Positions 8,854 to 16,543 of a stretch of 64,000 nt of DNA are shown in pieces; position 1 is the first letter of the stretch; each line of letters starts with the position of its first letter. A program made the position numbers and the translations under genes. The notes beneath the pieces were generated by a model that saw only the letters and a list, made by a program, of their open reading frames with translations, made no database searches and had not been told where the DNA came from. The DNA is from Candidatus Hebobacterum abditum (GTDB lineage: Bacteria > Armatimonadota > Hebobacteria > Hebobacterales > Hebobacteraceae). The stretch covers positions 3,859 through 67,858 of the forward strand of contig JALGXW010000010.1 of assembly GCA_029821875.1 (NCBI GenBank). Reading direction: 5' to 3'.

Positions 8854-10530
8854 ATGGGTGAACGAAGCGCTCTGTGGCGGCTTGCTGCAGCAATCGGGAT
8901 GGCCCTTCTGTTCGTGGGGGCAGGCGCCGGCTTCTTGCTGGCGGCCGAGCGAACCGGCCTGCCTGAGCCGAGAGACGTGTTGGAGGAGACCGGCCAGGTC
9001 GAAGCGGTCGAGGGCGAGCGAACGGCACCCGCCTTCGGTCTCGGAACGGAGGCGCCTTCCGTTGCCGGCGCAGTAGAGATCGTGGCGCCCGAGTCCGGCG
9101 CCAAGCTTCGCGGCATCGCCCTCGTGAGAGCCGAGTGGCCGAACCCAATGGGTTACGTCGTCTTCCGCATCGACGATCGCTTCGCCTATGCCACAACACC
9201 TCCGTTCGAGATGCGGTGGGACACGAGCAGCGCGCTCGACGGGGCCCACCTGATCGCAGTTGACGCCTACGACGCTGCCGGCCGCTACGCCGGCAGCGCG
9301 TCGATCAGTGTGGCGATCGAGAACGCGATCCCGACGCCGCCCGAAGGCGTATACCTTGCCGTCAAGTTCGATGAGCACGACATGCTGACCAGGCAGGTCA
9401 GTGCTCGCGGCGAGCTGTCGGCCCTGCAGGCCGATGAGGCGCTCCCGGCAGGATTCGATGTGCTCAAGGGGGAGCTACGGGCCAACGTGAGCATGTCCGT
9501 GATGGATGCCTTCTACCAAGGGACCTCGGCCCTCGTGCGTGGCCGCCTCAGAACGGCCTCCATCGCGATTGGGGGTACGAGCCAGAATCTCCCGGATGTG
9601 GGCCGATACGCCATGCTTCAGGTGTCTCGGAACGGGCTGGCGGTCCCGGAAGCGTCCACCCCCGGGAAGCCTCGCCTCGGCTTCGCGGAGATCTCTGCGG
9701 CCATGCGCGACTTCCCCGTCTTGCCCGGGGACACGTGGGAATCTCCCATAGGCGTCGTGTGCGATCTTTACTCCCGGCGCGCCGTCTACGTGCAGGGCCG
9801 ACACGTGTTCGAGGGGCTGCGCTGGTACCGCGGCCAGGAATGCGCCGTGATATCCTCGAGCTACTTCATTCCTGAGCTACCGCTCTTCAGACAGGGAGCC
9901 CAGCGTATGGCCTCAGCACGAGAGGCCGCCGAGAGCCCCTGGCGAGTCGAGCTCACCCAGGGCAGAGGGATGAGGGGCGGTATGCGCGGTGGCGGTATGC
10001 GCGGTGGCGGTATGCGTGGGGGCGGTATGCGTGGGGGCGGCATGCGTGGGGGCGGCATGCGTGGAGGCATGAGAGGCGGGCGAGCAGGCGCGGCTGGCGC
10101 TGCCCGGCGGCCCGGCACGGCCTCGCAGCTGCTGACCGCCAGGCTCGTAGACCTGGAGGGCACTCGCCGCACCTACCTCACGCGGCGTTCAGGTCGCGTC
10201 CTGCGCACCGAGGACACGATCCTGGGCGAGGTCGAGTTCCGAGCGGCCTCTCAGCGGGCCGCGCTGCAGTCGCCAGGCCCCGCTGCATCCCTGAGCATCG
10301 AACTGACCCAGGGTCGTGGCATGCGCGGCGGTATGCGCGGTGGCGGTATGCGCGGCGGCGGTATGCGCGGCGGCGGTATGCGAGGGGGCGGCATGCGAGG
10401 TGGTGGTATGCGAGGCGGCATGCGCGGGGGGCGAGCTGGCACTACCCTCGGGCAGCGGCCAGCAGCCGGCAACATACCTCCGCGCCTCGACTACGGCTTC
10501 CGACTGACCAGCGACCTGGTTCTCGATTAG
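8854..10530 (+). CDS. Membrane-anchored secreted protein with Ig-like domain and two C-terminal Gly-Met-Arg pentapeptide-repeat modules
   Basis: ATG 8854 is preceded by an SD. N-terminal hydrophobic anchor (LWRLAAAIGMALLFVGAGAGFLLAA). Beta-rich Ig-like segment (VEIVAPESGAKLRGIALVRAEW...ISVAIENA). The module ELTQGRGMRGG(MRGGG)nMRGGMRGGRAG occurs twice, about 115 aa apart. Confidence 0.7.
   Translation: MGERSALWRLAAAIGMALLFVGAGAGFLLAAERTGLPEPRDVLEETGQVEAVEGERTAPAFGLGTEAPSVAGAVEIVAPESGAKLRGIALVRAEWPNPMGYVVFRIDDRFAYATTPPFEMRWDTSSALDGAHLIAVDAYDAAGRYAGSASISVAIENAIPTPPEGVYLAVKFDEHDMLTRQVSARGELSALQADEALPAGFDVLKGELRANVSMSVMDAFYQGTSALVRGRLRTASIAIGGTSQNLPDVGRYAMLQVSRNGLAVPEASTPGKPRLGFAEISAAMRDFPVLPGDTWESPIGVVCDLYSRRAVYVQGRHVFEGLRWYRGQECAVISSSYFIPELPLFRQGAQRMASAREAAESPWRVELTQGRGMRGGMRGGGMRGGGMRGGGMRGGGMRGGGMRGGMRGGRAGAAGAARRPGTASQLLTARLVDLEGTRRTYLTRRSGRVLRTEDTILGEVEFRAASQRAALQSPGPAASLSIELTQGRGMRGGMRGGGMRGGGMRGGGMRGGGMRGGGMRGGMRGGRAGTTLGQRPAAGNIPPRLDYGFRLTSDLVLD
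9966..10080 (+). repeat. Tandem 15-bp coding repeat (ggc ggt atg cgN ggN)n, about 7 units, encoding G-G-M-R-G
   Basis: Direct reading of the sequence: the units degrade slightly (gcgcggt to gcgtggg to gagaggc). The module is duplicated at 10318-10428, and the about 150-bp blocks at 9940-10090 and 10290-10440 are alike. Confidence 0.8.
10318..10428 (+). repeat. Second copy of the 15-bp GGMRG-coding tandem repeat block
   Basis: ggc atg cgc ggc ggt atg cgc ggt ggc ... units. The antisense strand encodes PPRIPPPR artefact ORFs. Confidence 0.8.
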
Positions 10531-10619
10531 CGCCTCGCCCTTTGCGCCCCGGCGGCGCGGCCTCCCGCCTTCAGAGCGGGACCATTGGCCTGGGCCCCCG
10601 GCCGAGCCCTTTCTCTACG

Positions 10620-11354
10620 CTATCGCGACCAGTATAGCGGCCGCGGTCCGCGCCTGGGCTGGAACCGGCGCACGAGCAGCCAGCCCGCGATGAAGCCACC
10701 GATGTGTGCGAAGAAGGCGATGCCGCCCTGCCCGCCCAGACTGCCTCTCACCTGGATGAGGAACCACAGCAGCAATACCAGTCCGGCCGGGAGCATCACA
10801 ACCGTCACGAAGACGAACAGGAAGATGAGACACCGAACGCGGGCACGCGGGAACTTCTTGGCGTACGCACCCAGCACGCCCGCTATCGCCCCGCTTGCGC
10901 CGATCATGGGAGCGGCCGAATCGAGGCTCATCAGGATATGGGCCAGCGCGGCCAGCAGGCCGCAGAAGACGTAGAATCCAAGAAAGCGGAAGTGGCCCAG
11001 CGCATCTTCGATGTTGTTCCCGAACACCCACAGGTAGAGCATGTTGAAGCCGATGTGCCAGAAATCCCCGTGGAGGAACATCGACGTGAAGAGGCTCAGC
11101 CAGACCGGCTGGAGGGGACGAATCGGCAGGTCGGATGCTAGAACGGCGTCCTGGCCAGCCATGGCGAGCACCTGCGCGAAGCTGGCCTTCTGCAGCAGGA
11201 CGACGGGGATCGCGCCGTGTGTGTACAGGAATAGAACCTCAGCTTCGTGGGGGAGCATCACCTTGTAGAGGAAGATGGCCACGTTAGCGGCGATAAGGCT
11301 CACCACCACGATGGGGAACGTCCGGACAGGATTCTCGTCGCGAAATGGAATCAT
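10620..11354 (-). CDS. Rhomboid-family intramembrane serine protease
   Basis: 244 aa with six to seven TM helices. Catalytic GASGAIAG (GxSG) and the downstream HIGGF His helix. The HxxxN motif is present (FLHGDFWHIGFNML). Confidence 0.85.
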   Translation of the reverse strand: MIPFRDENPVRTFPIVVVSLIAANVAIFLYKVMLPHEAEVLFLYTHGAIPVVLLQKASFAQVLAMAGQDAVLASDLPIRPLQPVWLSLFTSMFLHGDFWHIGFNMLYLWVFGNNIEDALGHFRFLGFYVFCGLLAALAHILMSLDSAAPMIGASGAIAGVLGAYAKKFPRARVRCLIFLFVFVTVVMLPAGLVLLLWFLIQVRGSLGGQGGIAFFAHIGGFIAGWLLVRRFQPRRGPRPLYWSR

Positions 11355-11442
11355 ATACTGCTGCCGCTCTCCGGTCCGACGGGGATTCTAGCACTGCGTG
11401 CTTGCGCGGGTCAAACAGCTTCGTATGCGCGAACACAGACGA

Positions 11443-11471
11443 TTGACAGTGCTCGGAGCATGCTGGTACAG
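11443..11471 (+). promoter_or_regulatory. Putative sigma70-like promoter for tRNA-Lys (TTGACA - 17 nt - TACAGT)
   Basis: TTGACA at 11443-11448 and TACAGT at 11466-11471, with a 17-nt spacer. The predicted +1 lies about 7 nt before the mature tRNA 5' end. Confidence 0.4.
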
Positions 11472-11478
11472 TGGACGC

Positions 11479-11551
11479 GAGCCGTTAGCTCAGTTGGCAG
11501 AGCACCGGACTTTTAATCCGGGTGTCCTGGGTTCGAATCCCAGACGGCTCA
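11479..11551 (+). tRNA. tRNA-Lys (anticodon TTT)
   Basis: A 73-nt cloverleaf folded by hand. Acceptor GAGCCGT/ACGGCTC, D-stem GCTC/GAGC, anticodon stem CCGGA/TCCGG with loop CTTTTAA, T-arm CTGGG-TTCGAAT-CCCAG, discriminator A. CCA is not encoded. Confidence 0.85.
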
Positions 11552-11677
11552 CTTGATTTTGCGCCCATGGCGGCCGGAGCGTCGTACCGAGGGGCGCGGC
11601 GGGAGCAGATCTGCGACGCAGTCGGGCTCGGCAGGAGGGACTGACAGCAGACGCTGCTCGAGCCTGCGCCACGTGCT

Positions 11678-13696
11678 ATGTCAGAGAACGCGACGCGAAC
11701 ACGCGTCATCAAACCACACCGAGTCGTGGAGAGGGCCCCGGCAGGCGCAGTCGCCCGACTCCGGCGCGCCTTGGGCACCGCTGGTGTCTACGCCATCGGC
11801 TACGGGAACGTCGGCTCCTCCATCTACTATGCCCTGGGTATCGTGGCCGCCTATGCCCTCGGCGCAACGCCAATCGTCCTTGCTCTGGCCGGCATCATCT
11901 TCGTTTTCACGGCCATGACCTATGCCGAAGGCGTCTCCATGGTCCCCACGGCGGGCGGATCCGTGGCATTCGCGAGGCGGGCCTTCAACGACCTCTTCAG
12001 CTTCGTCGCCGGGTGGGCTCTCACCCTCAACTACATCGTCACAACCGCCATCTCAGCCGTAACCGCGACCTTCTACCTCTCTTACTTTTGGCCGCCCTTC
12101 AAGGAGCAGCCGGCACTCGCGGCCATTGGCGGAATCGTGCTGACCGGCCTGCTGATGCTCCTGAATCTCCGCGGGGTCCGCGAGACGGCTCGCCTCAACA
12201 TCGGCTTCGCTGTGATTGACCTCGCGACGCAGGCGCTGCTCGTGCTGCTGGGCATCAGCCTGGTGTTGGGCGGCTGGCGCAACCTCTTCGCCTATCGCAC
12301 CTTAGGCCCTGCCTACTGGCCTGAGCCCCGGCAGCTTGTATTTGCGGTTGCCATTGCCATGGTCGCCTACGTCGGCCTGGAGTCGGCGGCGCAGATGGCG
12401 GAGGAAACGAAGACGCCGACCCGGACCCTCCCCCGCGCGCTCTTCTGGTCCGTGCTCACTGTGCTGTTCATGTTCGCCGCCCTGCCTATCGTGGCGCTCT
12501 GCGCCATGCCGCCGATGGAACTCGTGAGCGAATGGGGCAATGACCCCGTGGCCGGCATAGCCTCGCACCTGCCGGACTGGAACATATCCCTCTCCTTCTT
12601 CCAGGGACAGATTCTCCTCTCGAAGCTCATGATGCCCTGGGTGGCGATCTTGGCCTGCACGATCCTGCTGATCGCAGCGAATGCCGGTATCCTGGCCGGT
12701 TCGCGAATCACCTACAACATGGCCCATCACCGCCAGCTTTCCAGCGTCTTCGGTCATGTCCATCCGCGCTTCAACACCCCCTCGTTCGCAATCATCGTCA
12801 TCTCCGGCGCGGCCGTTGCGATCATCCTAGCCGGGATGCACGCGAAGGACCTCCTCCTCAGGCTGGGCGATCTCTACGTCTTCAGCTCGATGATGGCGTT
12901 CTCGATGGCCCACCTCTCCGTGTGGCTGCTGCGCATTAAGGAGCCCGAAGCCGACAGGCCATTCAAGGCCTGGCCGACTATCCGCATTGCGGGCAGACCC
13001 ATTTCGGTCACGGCCACCCTCGGATTCATGGCATGCGCGGCCATTTGGCTGTGGCTGGCAGTCGGCAAAGAGCACTCCTTCGGACGGAACATAGGACTGG
13101 GCTGGATCGCGGCCGGATTCCTGTTCTACGTCTGGTTCCGTCGGCGACAGGGCCTGCATCTGCTGCGGACGGCGGTGACAGAGGAGCTTCATCCCTTGGT
13201 CACCTTGTTCCCGACACCACGGCGACGTGAGATGTCCCAGCGGATCCGGCATATCCTGATACCGGTTCATTCGATGGACTACGCAGAGCAGCTGTCCCGT
13301 ATCGCCTGCGACTTGAGCAACCTATACACAGCCGACATCACCGCCGTTTACGCGATCGAGGTGCCCCGCTCGCTCGCCCTCGACGCCGACCTGGGAGTGC
13401 AGATGCAGGAGGCGCGGGACATCCTCGACACGGCGAGCCATATAGCCGAAACCGTCTATGACATGGACATTGAGACGGTGGTGCTGCAGGCGCGCAGCGC
13501 CGGTGTGGCCGTCGTCGAGTACGCCGCCGAGCGGGGGACGGACCTGATCCTGCTCGGGGCTCACCCCGACCACCCGCGCACCCGCGATGCCATCGTCTTC
13601 GGCGCAACCGCGGATTACGTCGCGCGAAACGCACCGTGCGCTGTCTGGACGGTGCGCGCTGAGGCGGGAACGGCCCCCGACCAAGAAGAAGGCTAA
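11678..13696 (+). CDS. APC-superfamily amino acid permease fused to a C-terminal universal stress protein (UspA) domain
   Basis: 672 aa. About 12 TM helices with the APC signature (AIGYGNVGSSIYYALG). The C-terminal roughly 140 aa (IRHILIPVHSMDYAEQ...LILLGAHPD...GATADYVARNAPCAVWTV) matches the USP fold. Confidence 0.85.
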   Translation: MSENATRTRVIKPHRVVERAPAGAVARLRRALGTAGVYAIGYGNVGSSIYYALGIVAAYALGATPIVLALAGIIFVFTAMTYAEGVSMVPTAGGSVAFARRAFNDLFSFVAGWALTLNYIVTTAISAVTATFYLSYFWPPFKEQPALAAIGGIVLTGLLMLLNLRGVRETARLNIGFAVIDLATQALLVLLGISLVLGGWRNLFAYRTLGPAYWPEPRQLVFAVAIAMVAYVGLESAAQMAEETKTPTRTLPRALFWSVLTVLFMFAALPIVALCAMPPMELVSEWGNDPVAGIASHLPDWNISLSFFQGQILLSKLMMPWVAILACTILLIAANAGILAGSRITYNMAHHRQLSSVFGHVHPRFNTPSFAIIVISGAAVAIILAGMHAKDLLLRLGDLYVFSSMMAFSMAHLSVWLLRIKEPEADRPFKAWPTIRIAGRPISVTATLGFMACAAIWLWLAVGKEHSFGRNIGLGWIAAGFLFYVWFRRRQGLHLLRTAVTEELHPLVTLFPTPRRREMSQRIRHILIPVHSMDYAEQLSRIACDLSNLYTADITAVYAIEVPRSLALDADLGVQMQEARDILDTASHIAETVYDMDIETVVLQARSAGVAVVEYAAERGTDLILLGAHPDHPRTRDAIVFGATADYVARNAPCAVWTVRAEAGTAPDQEEG

Positions 13697-13713
13697 CTCC
13701 GGGCGCGTTAGCC
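13691..13713 (+). terminator. Possible intrinsic-terminator hairpin (GGCTAAC-9 nt loop-GTTAGCC) overlapping the stop codon
   Basis: A perfect 7-bp inverted repeat directly at the end of the permease gene. There is no U-tract, so this is weak. Confidence 0.25.
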
Positions 13714-13909
13714 TTGATGGGCGAAGGTGTGCCTCTGCCTCGCAGACGAAGCGACCCCTCGCCGTCCAAGTATGGTCCCTTCTCTGCCGGCGAGCCGCAT
13801 CTCCCCGCAGCTCCCGAACAGGCGGCCCTCATCGGGTCCGTCTCCCGCCTGGGCTTTTCCCTGCGGGCCATAACCTGTAAAATGTCCGCCCAGGAGTCGT
13901 CGCTCTGTT

Positions 13910-15184
13910 ATGAGATTCGTCTGCCGCCAGTCAGCGCTCACGGGCGAGGTCCGCATCCCCGGATCGAAGTCTCACACGATCCGGGCAGTCGCCATCGCGT
14001 CCCTGGCAGCGGGCGAGAGCACCATCCGGGCGCCGCTCGACTCGAACGACACGCGTGCGGCCATCGAGGCCTACCGCGCTCTCGGCGCCGACATCGAGGT
14101 GCGAAGTGATGCCTGGGTCGTCAAGGGCACTGGCGGCGACCTGAAGGCCCCCGAGGACGTCATCGATGTCCGCAACTCGGGCGTGACGCTGAGGACGAGC
14201 ATGGGGTCCTGCGCCCTGTTGCGCGAAGGCGCGGCCATCTTAACGGGCGACGAGCAGATCCGCCGCCGGCCCGCTGGGCCCCTGGCCGCCTCCCTCAATG
14301 ATCTGGGTGCGAGCGTTCGGTCGACTCGTGGCACAGGCACGGCCCCCTTCGTAGTGGAGGGGAGGCTCCGTGGCGGAGAGACCTCCGTCGAGGCCGTGAC
14401 GAGCCAGTACCTGAGCGCCTTGCTGGTGAACTGCCCTCTGGGCGACGGCGACACGACCATCCGCGTCCCTCTGCTCAACGAGGCCCCCTATGTGGAGATG
14501 ACGCTTGAATGGCTGCGGCAGCACGGCATCGAGTTCGAGCAAGACGGTCTGAGCGAGTTTCGGATCCCGGGTGCACAGCAGTATGGACCGGTCAACCGCG
14601 CCATCCCTGCCGACTTCTCATCCGCCACCTTCTTCCTGGGAGCAGGCGCGCTCGGCGAGAACGACGTCGTTCTGCGCGGTCTCGATATGGACGACACTCA
14701 GGGCGACAGGGCCGTCGTTAGGTTCGTGCGGCAGATGGGCGCGCGAGTGAGCGTGGCTGAAGACGCCATCCGCGTCCAGCCGGGCGAGCTTGTCGGTTGC
14801 GAGCTAGACCTGAATGCTACGCCGGACGCGTTGCCCATGCTGTCGGTCCTGGGGTGCCTTGCCGAAGGCACGACACGACTCGTGAATGTGCCCCAGGCGC
14901 GCGTCAAAGAAAGCGACCGTATCAGCGTTATGGCGGCCGAACTATCGAAGCTTGGCGGACAGGTCGAGGAGTTGGAGGACGGCATCGTAGTCCACGGGAG
15001 CCGACTGAGGGGCACAGAGGTGGATGGCCACGGCGACCATCGAGTTGTGATGGCCCTGGCTGTCGCCGGCTGCGCGATTCCGGGAACAACGACGATCCGC
15101 GAGGCAGAGGCGGCCGCCGTCACCTATCCTGAGTTTGCAGATCACATGGCATCGCTCGGGGCTGATCTGGCGTCAGAGGAATAA
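13910..15184 (+). CDS. aroA: 3-phosphoshikimate 1-carboxyvinyltransferase (EPSP synthase)
   Basis: 424 aa. IPGSKSHTIRA N-terminal motif, the LLNEAPYVEMTL motif and the overall EPSPS two-domain pattern. Confidence 0.9.
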   Translation: MRFVCRQSALTGEVRIPGSKSHTIRAVAIASLAAGESTIRAPLDSNDTRAAIEAYRALGADIEVRSDAWVVKGTGGDLKAPEDVIDVRNSGVTLRTSMGSCALLREGAAILTGDEQIRRRPAGPLAASLNDLGASVRSTRGTGTAPFVVEGRLRGGETSVEAVTSQYLSALLVNCPLGDGDTTIRVPLLNEAPYVEMTLEWLRQHGIEFEQDGLSEFRIPGAQQYGPVNRAIPADFSSATFFLGAGALGENDVVLRGLDMDDTQGDRAVVRFVRQMGARVSVAEDAIRVQPGELVGCELDLNATPDALPMLSVLGCLAEGTTRLVNVPQARVKESDRISVMAAELSKLGGQVEELEDGIVVHGSRLRGTEVDGHGDHRVVMALAVAGCAIPGTTTIREAEAAAVTYPEFADHMASLGADLASEE

Positions 15185-15203
15185 GGCCGGCTGGAGGTAG
15201 TGC

Positions 15204-16532
15204 ATGTTAGGCTGTACCTTGGGGACGTTGTTTCGCTTGACGGTTGCCGGTGGCTCATACCAGGAAGGACTGACCTCCCATATGCAGGGCGTTCCACCGG
15301 GGCTTCTCATGACGGAGGAGGAGATCTACCGCGACCTGCTGGTACGGAAACCCGGCCAGGGTGAGCTTTCGTCTCCCCGGCGGGAGCCCGACATACCGAT
15401 CATCTACAGCGGGGTCAATGCAGCAGACACGATGCCGGGCTTCGAGAACGAAGGCTGCACGAATGGCACGCCTCTCGTCATCCTCATCCCCAACCTCGAC
15501 CGCCACTTCGAGCACATCGAACAGTATCAACTGACGAACCGGACGCCTCGCCCGGGCCACGCCTCGTACGCCTCCTACCAGAAGTACGGCGAGTGGGACG
15601 ACGCCATCGGGGCCGGCTTCTTCAGTGGCCGGTATACCTCGACCATTGTTGCGGCGGGAGCGGTGGCCAAGCGCATCCTTCGGGAACACGGCATTGAGGT
15701 TACTGCCTACGTGAAAGAGGCGGCCGGGATCCGCATGCCCGAGCTGCCGCTGGAGGAGATTCGGGAGAAAGTGGCGGCCTACAAGGAGGTCAGAAGGAAG
15801 CACGATCCAGTCTACGAGGCCATCTTCGCCTCGGAACGAATCAAGCCGGGAATGCGATTCCTCGAGAAGATGGCCGTGCTGGCCGACTTCGAGAAGCAGA
15901 TTCCCGATCTCAAGTGGCCGCCCGTAGACGAGGAGGCCGTCCGCGAAGAGCACGGCATTCATCCCAAGCTCAACTGTCCTCACCTGCCGACGGCGGAGGA
16001 GATGTATCGACGCATCATGGCGATCACAGAGGGCGGCGACTCCAGCGGCGGTGTGGTCGAGGCCGTGGCGACCGGCCTGCCGGCAGGCCTTGGCGAGCCC
16101 GTCTTCCAGAAGCTCGACGGTGACCTGGGCCGCATGATGAGCATCGGGACTGTGAAGGCCGTGGAGATAGGTGGCGGGATCGCGGCCAAGGACAGCACCG
16201 GGTCGCAGTTCAACGATCAGATGCGGATGAAGGACGGCAAGGTCGCCTTCACCTCGAACAACGCCGGCGGCATCACAGGCGGCCTTACGACCGGACAGGA
16301 CATCCTTGTGCGGCTGACGGTCAAGCCGACTCCCACCATAGCGAAGCCCCAACAGACAATCGACAAGGCATCACTTGAGGATAGGGACCTGGCAGCTGTC
16401 ACCCGCCGCGACCCGACAATAGTGCCACGCGTGTGGCCTGTAGCAGAGGCCTTCACGGCACTGGTGCTGCTCGACCATTACATGATGCATCTGGCCTATC
16501 AGTCCCTGGCGCGGAAGTCTGATACAGGGTGA
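15204..16532 (+). CDS. aroC: Chorismate synthase (divergent, long form)
   Basis: 442 aa. SD GGAGG 6 nt upstream. Chorismate synthase blocks are present: FRLTV.GGS, RPGHAS, GDSSGGVVEAVATGLPAGLGEPVF, RRDPTIVPRVWPVAEA. Several canonical residues are substituted (see findings). It lies adjacent to aroA. Confidence 0.8.
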   Translation: MLGCTLGTLFRLTVAGGSYQEGLTSHMQGVPPGLLMTEEEIYRDLLVRKPGQGELSSPRREPDIPIIYSGVNAADTMPGFENEGCTNGTPLVILIPNLDRHFEHIEQYQLTNRTPRPGHASYASYQKYGEWDDAIGAGFFSGRYTSTIVAAGAVAKRILREHGIEVTAYVKEAAGIRMPELPLEEIREKVAAYKEVRRKHDPVYEAIFASERIKPGMRFLEKMAVLADFEKQIPDLKWPPVDEEAVREEHGIHPKLNCPHLPTAEEMYRRIMAITEGGDSSGGVVEAVATGLPAGLGEPVFQKLDGDLGRMMSIGTVKAVEIGGGIAAKDSTGSQFNDQMRMKDGKVAFTSNNAGGITGGLTTGQDILVRLTVKPTPTIAKPQQTIDKASLEDRDLAAVTRRDPTIVPRVWPVAEAFTALVLLDHYMMHLAYQSLARKSDTG

Positions 16533-16543
16533 CGAAGTAGGCG

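Noticed and set aside
9861-10475. Minus-strand ORFs 9861..10172 and 10251..10475 encoding PPRIPPPRMPPPR proline-rich repeats
   Set aside because: They are the reverse complement of the GGMRG-coding tandem repeats inside the 8854-10530 gene. They are mirror artefacts with no independent start or SD context.
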